The translations under genes and the position numbers were made by a program. The notes under the pieces were generated by a model. The model did no database searches, had not been told where the DNA came from, and saw only the letters and a list, made by a program, of their open reading frames with translations. DNA of 64,000 nt from Ignavibacteriota bacterium (GTDB lineage Bacteria > Bacteroidota > Ignavibacteria > UBA10030): the NCBI GenBank assembly GCA_963701295.1, contig OY969585.1, forward strand, positions 1,920,001-1,984,000. Direction: 5' to 3'. Shown one piece after another: positions 51,859-61,794 of the stretch. The number at the start of each line of letters is the position of its first letter. The stretch's first letter is position 1.

Positions 51859-53778
51859 TTGATGATGTCAGAACCCTTACCGAAAATAAATAAAGAAAAG
51901 ATGGCCTCATTCCTCTGGAATGAGAATATTGTCAGCGTTTTGCTCGTAGCAATTTCATTCTGTGTTTATCTTGCCACGATGTGTCGCTCGGTTGGGTTTA
52001 CGGATTCAGGTGAACTAGCAACTGTGATTTGCACGCTTGGGATCGCGCATCCGACAGGATATCCGTTCTTCACTTTGCTGGGAAAATGCTGGATGATGAT
52101 CCCAGCTCCGCTGGAAGAAATTCTTCAATTAAACATATTTGTAGCTTTGCTTACAGCTGTTGCTGTCGGTGTGTTTTTCAAGACAACACTGATACTCCGT
52201 CGATCAGCGCTTGTATTTCAAGGAAGAAGCCAGAAGCGAAAAGAGCACAACGATTATCGTTTCATACTTACATCGGTGATTGCGAGTCTCGTGCTCGGAT
52301 TATCTACAACATTCTGGTCGCAATCGACTGCCATAGAAGTTTACCCGCTTCATCTTGTGCTCATTATGCTTACGACATTATTCTTCGTGGGTGGCTTAGA
52401 GGAGCAGCTCAGTCAAACTCAGATTTTTTCCCGAAAGCTGATACTCTTCGCATTCGTATTAGGATTAAGTTTCTCAAATCATATGACCACGATTCTATTG
52501 GCGCCGGGATTTTTGTGGTTATACTTTCGTGTCTTTGGATTCGGGAAGGAATCGTTCCGCAGAATTCTGAAAATTGCCCCGTTCTTTCTGCTTGGTCTGT
52601 CAATTTATTTATACCTGCCCATTCGTTCATCGGGAAATCCATTGCTCGACTGGGGTCATCCCGCAACGCTCGAACGTTTTTTCTGGCATGTCAGCGGCAA
52701 GCAATTTCGAGTGTGGATGTTCTCCAGTTGGAGTGTTGTGCAAAAACAGCTAAGTTACTTTGCAAATAATTTTACATCGGAATTTCATCTTGCGGTAATC
52801 GCTTGTATTGTGATTGGGATGTTCGTGTTGATCAGACGCTGTCGTCGTATGTTTATTTTTTTGACACTCTTATTCTTAACTACGGTGGTGTATGCGGTGA
52901 ACTATGACATCTTTGATATTGATTCTTACTTTTTACTTTCCTACATCGCCATAGGTTGGATAGCAGCATATGGAATGGATTTTCTTTTTGATTCGATAAG
53001 CGATAAGCGAAGTTGGATGAAGGCAATAGCGTTTGTCATCCTTACTGTTCTTCCGATTGTACAAATCATGAATAATTGGAACAGAGTGGATGAAACAAAA
53101 AATATTCTTCCGCAGCAGTTTGTGCGGAATGCTTTTTCTCATTTTGAACCCAACGCTGTTGTCGTAGCGAGTCAGTGGGATTATTTTATCTCACCATCCT
53201 TGTATTATCAATTCATTCGAAATGAACGGCCCGATATTGCCATCATCGATAAAAGTTTGCTGCAGAATCGTTCCTGGTATTTTATACAGTTTCAACGACA
53301 GCACCCGGAGCTGATGGAACGTATACGGCCGAGCGCAAATTATTTTTTGGAAGAGTTGGATAAGTTTGAGCATGATAGTCCGTTCAATTTCAATATCATT
53401 CAATTATATTGGCAGAGCCTCTTGAGCGAGATAATAGAGAACTCCCTACCCGATCATCCAGTCTATATCGACCCCCGGATAGATCGGGAGTTTCCCTCTG
53501 ACTATTCTCGCACACCTGCGGGCCTTTTTTTACGGCTTACAAAAAAAGAAGATATAACTTGTTATAAAACTGCTCTGGCTCCTTTTGGGATTTGGGATAA
53601 AAAACAGCCGGTTGCAAAGGATTTTGAGCAGTATTATATCGCTATGCTTATACGTGATGCTGATTGGCTGTTAAAAAATGGAAGAGCCGATGAGGCAAAA
53701 AAGGTTCTTGCTGAGGTTCTATATATTGAGCCAGGCAACTTTTCCGCACGTTGGCTGACGAGAAAAGAAGGGAAATAA
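51859..53778 (+). CDS. DUF2723 (TMEM260-like, GT-C) polytopic membrane protein
   Basis: DSGELA..CTLGIAHPTGYP, EVYPL, SNHMT, YLYLPIRS..NP..DWG.P; many TM helices. Confidence 0.88.
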   Translation: MMMSEPLPKINKEKMASFLWNENIVSVLLVAISFCVYLATMCRSVGFTDSGELATVICTLGIAHPTGYPFFTLLGKCWMMIPAPLEEILQLNIFVALLTAVAVGVFFKTTLILRRSALVFQGRSQKRKEHNDYRFILTSVIASLVLGLSTTFWSQSTAIEVYPLHLVLIMLTTLFFVGGLEEQLSQTQIFSRKLILFAFVLGLSFSNHMTTILLAPGFLWLYFRVFGFGKESFRRILKIAPFFLLGLSIYLYLPIRSSGNPLLDWGHPATLERFFWHVSGKQFRVWMFSSWSVVQKQLSYFANNFTSEFHLAVIACIVIGMFVLIRRCRRMFIFLTLLFLTTVVYAVNYDIFDIDSYFLLSYIAIGWIAAYGMDFLFDSISDKRSWMKAIAFVILTVLPIVQIMNNWNRVDETKNILPQQFVRNAFSHFEPNAVVVASQWDYFISPSLYYQFIRNERPDIAIIDKSLLQNRSWYFIQFQRQHPELMERIRPSANYFLEELDKFEHDSPFNFNIIQLYWQSLLSEIIENSLPDHPVYIDPRIDREFPSDYSRTPAGLFLRLTKKEDITCYKTALAPFGIWDKKQPVAKDFEQYYIAMLIRDADWLLKNGRADEAKKVLAEVLYIEPGNFSARWLTRKEGK

Positions 53779-53799
53779 AATATAATATTAAAAGTTTCG

Positions 53800-53827
53800 T
53801 TGACTATGTGCGAATTTTTTCTATATT
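53800..53827 (+). promoter_or_regulatory. Putative promoter of the tRNA operon
   Basis: TTGACT-N16-TATATT with AT-rich upstream sequence. Confidence 0.5.
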
Positions 53828-53946
53828 TATAGTTCGGCAATTCGGCGTACCGGGCGAATCACCTGTATTCTCGAAGTCCTTGAGTTACTGCGGTTATTGT
53901 CATGCGAAATCGCAGCAGGGTTGAATATCGCTTTGGATGCAATTCT

Positions 53947-54019
53947 GCTGGCGTAGCTCAGCTGGTAGAGCAGCTGATTTGTAATCAGCAGGTCATCGGT
54001 TCGAGTCCGATAGCCAGCT
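53947..54019 (+). tRNA. tRNA-Thr(TGT)
   Basis: Cloverleaf; anticodon arm GCTGA-TTTGTAA-TCAGC; T loop TTCGAGT. Confidence 0.95.
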
Positions 54020-54033
54020 CAAGCAGAGTTGTT

Positions 54034-54116
54034 GGGCAGGTAGCGAAGCGGTCAAACGCATCAGACTGTAAATCTGACGGCTCATGCCTTCGAAGGTTCG
54101 AATCCTCCCCTGCCCA
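54034..54116 (+). tRNA. tRNA-Tyr(GTA)
   Basis: Anticodon arm TCAGA-CTGTAAA-TCTGA; long variable arm. Confidence 0.95.
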
Positions 54117-54194
54117 CAAAGATTTTGCGGAATAGGGTTGATAGCTTGCGTTGTTTGTTGGATGAGTTATTGAAAGAGCTGGAATGGTATGAAC

Positions 54195-54270
54195 GCGGGA
54201 GTAACTCAGTTGGTAGAGTCACAGCCTTCCAAGCTGTTGGTCGCGGGTTCGAGCCCCGTCTCCCGCTCCA
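54195..54270 (+). tRNA. tRNA-Gly(TCC)
   Basis: ACAGC-CTTCCAA-GCTGT; encoded CCA end. Confidence 0.96.
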
Positions 54271-54282
54271 CAGTGTCTGAGC

Positions 54283-54355
<73 letters not shown>

Positions 54356-54388
54356 CGAATACGTTAGGAAGAAGATGAAGGAACGAAT

Positions 54389-54538
54389 ATGCGAGACATC
54401 ATTACCTTAGAATGCACAAGTTGTAAACGGCGTAATTATTCTACAACGAAGAATAAAAAGAAACAAACCGGACGGGTTGAGTACAAGAAGTATTGCCCCT
54501 GGTGTAATAAACGAACGCCGCATAAAGAAACCAAGTAA
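54389..54538 (+). CDS. rpmG: 50S ribosomal protein L33 (zinc-binding C+ form), 49 aa
   Basis: Manual translation [49 protein letters not shown]; absent from the ORF track. Confidence 0.96.
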   Translation: MRDIITLECTSCKRRNYSTTKNKKKQTGRVEYKKYCPWCNKRTPHKETK

Positions 54539-54642
54539 CGATTTTTGTATTCTGATGGTTACTCAAGTTGAGAGACACACGCGAGTTATTCAATCAGTAG
54601 AGCAGACGTGTCTGCGCCTGCACATAGAGCAAAAATGATGAT

Positions 54643-54715
<73 letters not shown>

Positions 54716-54751
54716 CATAATCACTCAAAACAAGAAAGAAGATATTGAGCG

Positions 54752-54940
54752 ATGGAAGAAAAAATTATAAACTTCTTTAAAGATGTTGTGAAAGAGATGG
54801 ATAAGGTGACATGGCCTTCACGTGAGGAACTCATGGAGCAGACTAAAATCGTCATCATTGTCACATTAATTATAGCGGTATTTGCTTGGATTGTGGACTT
54901 TTCGGTGAGCGAAATTCTCAAAGCAATTTTGAAATCTTAA
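54752..54940 (+). CDS. secE: Preprotein translocase SecE
   Basis: EMDKVTWPSREEL plus single TM. Confidence 0.95.
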   Translation: MEEKIINFFKDVVKEMDKVTWPSREELMEQTKIVIIVTLIIAVFAWIVDFSVSEILKAILKS

Positions 54941-54950
54941 GGAATCAACT

Positions 54951-55484
54951 TTGGATAAGCGCTGGTATGTAGTTCGAACGTATTCGGGCCACGAAGCCAA
55001 GGTCAAGACATACTTGGACTCGGAGATTGCACGGATAGGATTGCAGGAAAAAATTTCGAATGTATTGATTCCTTCGGAAAAAGTGTTTGAAATTAAGGAT
55101 GGAAAAAAGAAGTCAAAGGTGAAAAATTTTTTCCCTGGGTACATCCTTGTTGAGGCAGTCTTGGATAAAGAGACGAACCACGTCATTCTTGAAGCCCCGT
55201 CGGTGATGGGATTTGTACCAGACAAAAATAATCCAGCCGCATTACAACCGGATGAAGTGCGTCGTCTCATCGGCAAGATGGAGCAAAAGGAAGAGACTCA
55301 AATCGTCGATATTCCGTTCCATGTCGGTGAAGCAGTAAAAGTGACAGATGGACCGTTTAATAATTTCAATGGGTTCGTCCAAGGAGTAAATTTTGAAAAA
55401 CTCAAAGTGAAAGTGATGGTCAGTATCTTTGGGCGCAAGACACCGATAGAACTGGATTTTTCACAAGTAGAGATAGAAAAGTAA
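54951..55484 (+). CDS. nusG: Transcription termination/antitermination factor NusG
   Basis: WYVVRTYSGHE, FFPGYIL, KOW motif DGPF, IFGRKTP. Confidence 0.97.
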   Translation: MDKRWYVVRTYSGHEAKVKTYLDSEIARIGLQEKISNVLIPSEKVFEIKDGKKKSKVKNFFPGYILVEAVLDKETNHVILEAPSVMGFVPDKNNPAALQPDEVRRLIGKMEQKEETQIVDIPFHVGEAVKVTDGPFNNFNGFVQGVNFEKLKVKVMVSIFGRKTPIELDFSQVEIEK

Positions 55485-55522
55485 CTCGAGTATTTTGTAA
55501 TTCTTAACGTAAGGCATGTACT

Positions 55523-55948
55523 ATGGCAAAGAAAGTAACAGGTTTCATCAAACTGCAAATTCCTGCTGGTCAGGCAAATCCTGCACCTCCGGTGGGTCCC
55601 GCACTTGGTCAAAAGGGCGTTAACATCATGGAATTCTGCAAACAGTTTAACGCCAGAACGAAAGATCAACAGGGGCTCATCATTCCTGTGGTTATTACTG
55701 TGTTCAGCGATAAATCATTTTCGTTTATCACGAAAACACCGCCGGCGGCAACATTGTTGGTGAAAGCTGCAAAGTTGGAAAAGGGTTCCGGTGAACCGAA
55801 CCGCAATAAAGTTGGAAAGGTGACGAAGAAACAAGTTCGCGAAATTGCTGAATTGAAAATGCCGGATTTAAATGCCGCAAACATCGATTCGGCAATGAGT
55901 ATGGTAGCGGGCACTGCCCGCAGTATGGGTATTACAGTTGAAGAATAA
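55523..55948 (+). CDS. rplK: 50S ribosomal protein L11
   Basis: [19 protein letters not shown]. Confidence 0.98.
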   Translation: MAKKVTGFIKLQIPAGQANPAPPVGPALGQKGVNIMEFCKQFNARTKDQQGLIIPVVITVFSDKSFSFITKTPPAATLLVKAAKLEKGSGEPNRNKVGKVTKKQVREIAELKMPDLNAANIDSAMSMVAGTARSMGITVEE

Positions 55949-55972
55949 AATTGTTCGTGATGGAGTGAGAGA

Positions 55973-56668
55973 ATGAAACAGCACAGTAAAAGATTCAGAG
56001 CCGTTGCAAAGAAAATTCAGCCGAAGAACTATACGATCACTGATGCAGTGGAGTTAGTAAAACAATCTGCTTCCGCAAAGTTTGCCGAAGCAGTTGATAT
56101 CGCCGTTCGACTTGGTCTCGACCCGAAGAAGGCAGACCAAGCACTTCGAGGAACAGTAGCATTGCCGCATGGTATTGGAAAAGAAGTTCGTGTACTCGTC
56201 ATTGCCAAACCTCCAAAGGATGAAGAAGCCAAGGCTGCAGGTGCAGATTATGTCGGGTACAAAGAGTATCTGGAAAAGATCCAGCAAGGTTGGGCAGATG
56301 TCGATGTGATTATTGCCACGCCAGATGTTATGGGCGATCTTGGAAAGCTCGGGAAAATTCTCGGTCCTCGCGGCTTGATGCCGAATCCAAAGAGCGGAAC
56401 GGTAACACCGGATGTAGCGAAAGCGGTGAAGGAAGTGAAAGCCGGTAAGATCGAATTCCGCGTTGAGAAGGCAGGTATTGTCCATGCAACAGTTGGCAAG
56501 GCAGGATTTGAAAAAGAAAAATTGGTTGAGAACATTCAGTCATTTCTCAATACCATCATGCGTTTAAAACCTGCAACAGCAAAAGGTCAGTATGTCAAGA
56601 GTATTGCCATCTCCACAACAATGGGACCTGGCGTACACATCGACCGCGCTGAAACGGGGGTACATTGA
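55973..56668 (+). CDS. rplA: 50S ribosomal protein L1
   Basis: [28 protein letters not shown]. Confidence 0.98.
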   Translation: MKQHSKRFRAVAKKIQPKNYTITDAVELVKQSASAKFAEAVDIAVRLGLDPKKADQALRGTVALPHGIGKEVRVLVIAKPPKDEEAKAAGADYVGYKEYLEKIQQGWADVDVIIATPDVMGDLGKLGKILGPRGLMPNPKSGTVTPDVAKAVKEVKAGKIEFRVEKAGIVHATVGKAGFEKEKLVENIQSFLNTIMRLKPATAKGQYVKSIAISTTMGPGVHIDRAETGVH

Positions 56669-56684
56669 AATAGAAATTACGCAC

Positions 56685-56755
56685 TCACGTTCTCGTAAAC
56701 CGTTGGATGCTCCGTTGAATGCGGAGGCTTCTCATTCGACAACAAGAACTAACGT
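56685..56755 (+). promoter_or_regulatory. Probable L10 leader (rplJ autoregulatory RNA)
   Basis: Structured 100-nt rplA-rplJ spacer containing CGTAAACCGTTGG and the hairpin CTCCG-TTGAATG-CGGAG; position as expected, motif match loose. Confidence 0.45.
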
Positions 56756-56768
56756 ATAAAGGGAAACC

Positions 56769-57290
56769 ATGAAACGCAGTGAGAAAGAGGCGATCATCGC
56801 CGAAGTTGCTGAAAAAGCTGCGCGAGCTGTTGCGATGTACTTCGCGGATTTTTCAAAACTCACGGTCGCAGAAGAAACAGAACTGCGTCGTGAATTTCGG
56901 AAATCCGGAGTTGAGTACAACGTAGTGAAGAATACACTCGCACGGAAGGCTCTTCAACAACTTACAGGATATGATCGTGTATATGATAAGCTCGTTGGTC
57001 CGACTGGTCTCGCATTTTCATACGACGATCCATCGGCACCGGCAAAGATTATCAAGAAATATTCTGAGAAATTAGGGAAGTTCAAGCTTAAAGCCGCTGT
57101 CATCGAAAAACAAGTCTACGATGCCACAAGGTTAAATGAACTTGCGAACATGCCATCGCGAAAGGATATGGTCGCTGCTATTCTCAGAAACTTGCAAGCA
57201 CCTGTTTCCGGCATCGTGGGCGCGATCAATGCTGTCGCACGTGATCTCGTCTATGTTCTCGATGCGATCGAGAAGAAGAAAGCTGCTTAA
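56769..57290 (+). CDS. rplJ: 50S ribosomal protein L10
   Basis: LRREFR, VVKNTL, GPTGLAF, LANMPSR. Confidence 0.96.
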   Translation: MKRSEKEAIIAEVAEKAARAVAMYFADFSKLTVAEETELRREFRKSGVEYNVVKNTLARKALQQLTGYDRVYDKLVGPTGLAFSYDDPSAPAKIIKKYSEKLGKFKLKAAVIEKQVYDATRLNELANMPSRKDMVAAILRNLQAPVSGIVGAINAVARDLVYVLDAIEKKKAA

Positions 57291-57328
57291 TTTAGAATTT
57301 GAAAACTATTATTTAAAGGAGAATTATC

Positions 57329-57712
57329 ATGTCAGTCGTTGCTGAAATTGTTGAAAAGATTGAAAAACTTACTTTGCTTGAAGCTGTGGAATTAAAGAAA
57401 GCACTCGAAGAGAAATTTGGTGTTACTGCCGCTGCCCCAATGATGATGGGTGCGATGATGCAGACCGGTGCAGCTGCCCCAGCTGCTGTCGCGGAAGAAC
57501 AAACCGAGTTCAATGTCGAATTGAAGAGTGCAGGCGCGCAGAAGATCAACGTCATCAAGGTTGTACGTGCAGCAACTGGTCTCGGCTTGAAAGAAGCTAA
57601 AGACCTTGTTGACGGTGCACCAAAGACCGTGAAGGAAGGCCTCTCGAAAGATGATGCTGAAAAGTTGAAGAAAGAACTCGAAGAAGCAGGCGCTACTGTC
57701 GAGCTCAAATAA
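57329..57712 (+). CDS. rplL: 50S ribosomal protein L7/L12
   Basis: [27 protein letters not shown]. Confidence 0.98.
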   Translation: MSVVAEIVEKIEKLTLLEAVELKKALEEKFGVTAAAPMMMGAMMQTGAAAPAAVAEEQTEFNVELKSAGAQKINVIKVVRAATGLGLKEAKDLVDGAPKTVKEGLSKDDAEKLKKELEEAGATVELK

Positions 57713-57950
57713 ATCAAGTAGCAAATCCATCGCGAACTTTTCGAGTGAAAATCTTGTTCAGATTGCGGTGGATGAATAGGTCGCTAAGCCGATGGCTCGC
57801 CTTTTTACGAGGCTCGGGAACCATCGGCTTATGCCGTCTAAGGATGAGCATTTGGCGGTCACTTTGTGAAAGTTCGTTTTCATTTGAAGTCGATGTTTCA
57901 ACCATCAAGGTTGAATTTAAAAATCTTAATATCAACAAGGAGTGGTTCCT

Positions 57951-60900
57951 TTGAAAAACCAATCCAATGGTTCCCAAGAACGTGTGTTGTTTGCACGAAT
58001 CCCATCGGTCATCGAAACGCCAGATCTTCTGAACGTCCAGATCGACTCGTTTAACAATTTTCTTCAGGCCGATACGCTTCCGCATCGTAGGAGGAAGCTT
58101 GGCTTGCAGCAAGTATTTGAAATGAATTTTCCGATCAGCGATGCACGTGAAAATTTTCTCCTCGAATTTGCTGAATACTACGTCGAAAAACCGAAGTATT
58201 CAGTCGTCGAGTGCCAGGAACGCGGTTTAACATTTGCTGTTCCGCTGAAAGCACAGCTCCGGCTCTCTGCCAAGAAAGAAGGCGGAAAAGAATTTGTCGA
58301 TACAATCGAACAGGAAGTCTATCTTGGAAATCTTCCTGCAATGACGCATCGCGGTACCTTCATCATCAACGGTGCTGAACGCGTGGTGGTGAGCCAGTTG
58401 CATCGTTCGCCAGGCGTGTTCTTCGGCGAGTCGGTACATCCGAACGGCACTATGATGTATTCTGCGCGTATTATTCCATTCCGAGGGTCATGGGTGGAAT
58501 TTGCCACTGACATCAACAATGTCATGTACGCTTATATCGACAGGAAGAAAAAATTTCCCGTTACTACATTGTTGCGTGCGCTTGGTTATTCATCAGATGA
58601 CGATATTCTTGATTTGTTTGGACTCGTGGAAGAGATTGATACTGCAAAGGTAGAATTAAAAGAATACATTGACCGAAAAGTGTGTAGCGATGTGTTCGAT
58701 AAAAAGACCGGTGAAGTCTTCATTAATAAAGACACAAAGCTCACTGAAGAACATATCAAGCACCTCAGAAAAGCAAATATTAAGAAACTTCGATTGTTAA
58801 AAACTGATGAAGCATCTTCCAGCTCCGTGATTGCAAATACTATTTTGAAGGATGCTGCACGTTCTTCTGAAGATGCGCTTGAAGCAATTTATACGCAGTT
58901 GCGTTCCGGTGAAGCGCCGGATTTAGATACAGCGAAGAACCTCATTGACCGATTGTTTTTCAATCCAAAGCGCTATGACCTTGGCGATGTCGGCCGGCAC
59001 AGGATGAACATTAAACTCAACCTGAATATCCCGGAAAATGTAACAACGCTGACGAAAGATGATATTATCGCTATCATCAAATACTTGATAGATATGCAGC
59101 AAGGTAAGCGAGCAGTAGATGACATAGATCATCTTGGAAATCGCCGTGTACGAACAGTAGGCGAACAGCTTGCCCAGCAATTCAACATTGGATTGTCTCG
59201 GATGACACGCACGATCCGTGAACGGATGAACTTACGTGATGCCGAAACAATCACACCGCAGGATTTGGTGAACGCGCGAACAATCACCAGCGTTATCAAT
59301 GCGTTCTTCGGAACAAACCAACTTTCACAATTTCTCGATCAGACAAATCCATTGGCAGAGATGACGCACAAACGGCGTGTTTCTGCACTCGGACCTGGCG
59401 GTTTAACGCGCGAACGTGCAGGCTTCGAAGTCCGTGACGTGCATTATACACACTATGGTCGCCTTTGCCCGATTGAGACGCCAGAAGGTCCAAACATCGG
59501 CTTGATTTCTTCGCTTTGCATTCATGCGCGTATCAATGATTTTGGTTTTATCGAAACACCTTATCGGAAAGTAAAGAACGGCAGGGTTGTTGAAGAGATT
59601 GAATTCCTGACAGCAGAACGCGAAGACGAAGTCACTATCGCGCAGGCAAACACTGTTCTGGACGAACGCGGCCGTTTCCTTGAAGAAAAAATTAAGGCGA
59701 GATTCCAAAGCGACTATCCGGTCACAGAACCTGATAAGATCCAATATATGGACGTTGCACCGAACCAGATTGTAAGCGCAGCAGCAGCATTGATCCCTTT
59801 CCTTGAGCATGACGACGCTAACCGTGCTTTGATGGGATCAAATATGCAACGCCAAGCTGTTCCGTTGTTACAACCTGAATCACCCATTGTCGGCACTGGG
59901 TTGGAAGAAACCATCGCACGTGACTCACGTACAATCATTGTTGCCGAACGCAATGGCTTAGTCGAGTCTGTGAATGGTGACAATGTTGTAGTGTTGTACG
60001 ATATTGACGAGAACAGCACTGAAGCAATTATCAGTTTTGACGACAAACGTCGGGTAGAATATAAGCTCACAAAATTCCTCCGCACAAATCAAGATACATG
60101 CATCAATCAAAAACCAGTTGTCAAAGAAGGTCAACGTTTCAAGAAAAATGATGTGCTGGTTGATGGTTGTGCGACTGATGGCGGAGAACTTGCGCTGGGT
60201 AGAAATATTTTGGTAGCGTTTATGCCATGGCGTGGATATAACTTTGAAGATGCTATCATTGTCAGTGAGCGTATTGTGTCGGAAGATGTCTTTACGTCCG
60301 TCCACATTGAAGAGTTTGAATTACAAGTACGGGATACGAAGCGCGGTGAAGAAGAACTTACGCGGGAAATTCCGAATGTCAGTGAAGAAGCAACGAAAGA
60401 TCTTGACGAAAACGGAGTTGTCCGTATTGGTGCAGAGGTAAACGAGGGCGATATTCTTATCGGTAAGATCACACCAAAAGGTGAAACCGATCCTACACCG
60501 GAAGAGAAACTTTTGAAAGCGATTTTCGGAGAAAAAGCCGGCGATGTAAAAGATGCTTCACTGAAAGCGCCTCCTGGTATGAAAGGCATTGTCATTTCTA
60601 CGAAGCTCTTCAGCCGCAAGAAGAAGGATACGGAAAGTAAGAAGGAAGACAAGAAAAAACTGGAATCACTTGATCGCTTAAGGCGGAAGGAAATCAAAGA
60701 TCTGCACGAGAAGCTTGGACGCAAGCTGGATCAGGTGCTCGAAGGTGAAAAATCTGTTGGCATTCGAAATGCAGATGGCGAAATTGCTATCCGTGCCGGT
60801 GTCATGTTTAAAGAGGACACCTTTCAAAAAATAGAAGATCTTGACAAGCTTGATTATAATCAAGAGTGGATCGATGATAAGCGTAAGCAGAATACCATCA

Positions 60901-61727
60901 TCCGTCTCTATGAAAATTTTCGCCAGAAAATGACCGAGATAGAAGAACTCTATCGCCACGAGAAAAATAAAATACAACTTGGCGACGAATTGGCTCCGGG
61001 TATTGTACAACTCGCAAAGGTCTATGTCGCGAAGAAGCGCAAGCTTCAAGTAGGTGACAAGATGGCCGGTCGTCACGGAAATAAAGGCGTCGTTTCTACT
61101 ATTGTGCCAATGGAAGATATGCCGTTTCTTCCTGATGGGCATCCGGTTGATATCGTACTCAATCCATTGGGTGTGCCGTCACGTATGAATTTGGGACAGT
61201 TATTTGAAGTAGCGCTCGGCTGGGCAGGAATAAAATTGGGCGTAAACTTTGCGTCACCGATCTTTGACGGTGCAAAATGGGAAGAAGTACAGGAATGGCT
61301 GGAGAAAGCCGGCATTAGCAATACATCGAAGACGCTCCTGATCGATGGACGAAGCGGTGAACCGTTCGACCAGGAAGTTACGGTCGGATACTTATATATG
61401 ATGAAGTTGTCACATATGGTAGACGACAAAATTCACGCGCGCTCTATTGGACCATACTCGCTCATTACACAGCAGCCATTGGGTGGGAAGGCGCAATTCG
61501 GTGGTCAGCGCTTTGGAGAAATGGAAGTGTGGGCGCTCGAAGGATACGGTGCGGCGAATATTCTTCAAGAAATTCTCACTGTCAAATCTGATGACGTGCT
61601 TGGGCGTGCCAAAGTGTACGAAGCTGTTGTGAAAGGTGAAAATCTTCCCGAACCAAACGTACCTGAATCATTTAATGTACTCGTTCGTGAGCTACAGGGA
61701 CTGGGTCTGGAAGTGAAGATTGAATGA
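57951..61727 (+). CDS. rpoB: RNA polymerase beta subunit
   Basis: [50 protein letters not shown] start after AAGGAG (GTG 57942 is an alternative). Confidence 0.98.
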   Translation: MKNQSNGSQERVLFARIPSVIETPDLLNVQIDSFNNFLQADTLPHRRRKLGLQQVFEMNFPISDARENFLLEFAEYYVEKPKYSVVECQERGLTFAVPLKAQLRLSAKKEGGKEFVDTIEQEVYLGNLPAMTHRGTFIINGAERVVVSQLHRSPGVFFGESVHPNGTMMYSARIIPFRGSWVEFATDINNVMYAYIDRKKKFPVTTLLRALGYSSDDDILDLFGLVEEIDTAKVELKEYIDRKVCSDVFDKKTGEVFINKDTKLTEEHIKHLRKANIKKLRLLKTDEASSSSVIANTILKDAARSSEDALEAIYTQLRSGEAPDLDTAKNLIDRLFFNPKRYDLGDVGRHRMNIKLNLNIPENVTTLTKDDIIAIIKYLIDMQQGKRAVDDIDHLGNRRVRTVGEQLAQQFNIGLSRMTRTIRERMNLRDAETITPQDLVNARTITSVINAFFGTNQLSQFLDQTNPLAEMTHKRRVSALGPGGLTRERAGFEVRDVHYTHYGRLCPIETPEGPNIGLISSLCIHARINDFGFIETPYRKVKNGRVVEEIEFLTAEREDEVTIAQANTVLDERGRFLEEKIKARFQSDYPVTEPDKIQYMDVAPNQIVSAAAALIPFLEHDDANRALMGSNMQRQAVPLLQPESPIVGTGLEETIARDSRTIIVAERNGLVESVNGDNVVVLYDIDENSTEAIISFDDKRRVEYKLTKFLRTNQDTCINQKPVVKEGQRFKKNDVLVDGCATDGGELALGRNILVAFMPWRGYNFEDAIIVSERIVSEDVFTSVHIEEFELQVRDTKRGEEELTREIPNVSEEATKDLDENGVVRIGAEVNEGDILIGKITPKGETDPTPEEKLLKAIFGEKAGDVKDASLKAPPGMKGIVISTKLFSRKKKDTESKKEDKKKLESLDRLRRKEIKDLHEKLGRKLDQVLEGEKSVGIRNADGEIAIRAGVMFKEDTFQKIEDLDKLDYNQEWIDDKRKQNTIIRLYENFRQKMTEIEELYRHEKNKIQLGDELAPGIVQLAKVYVAKKRKLQVGDKMAGRHGNKGVVSTIVPMEDMPFLPDGHPVDIVLNPLGVPSRMNLGQLFEVALGWAGIKLGVNFASPIFDGAKWEEVQEWLEKAGISNTSKTLLIDGRSGEPFDQEVTVGYLYMMKLSHMVDDKIHARSIGPYSLITQQPLGGKAQFGGQRFGEMEVWALEGYGAANILQEILTVKSDDVLGRAKVYEAVVKGENLPEPNVPESFNVLVRELQGLGLEVKIE

Positions 61728-61794
61728 TGGTGATGCGCGCTGCTCAAAAGCAGTCATCACTCATCCAATAAAGAACATAGTTGATGGAGGCGAT

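Noticed and set aside
52029-52769. 246-aa alternative-frame ORF inside DUF2723
   Set aside because: No motif and fully nested in a well-supported gene.
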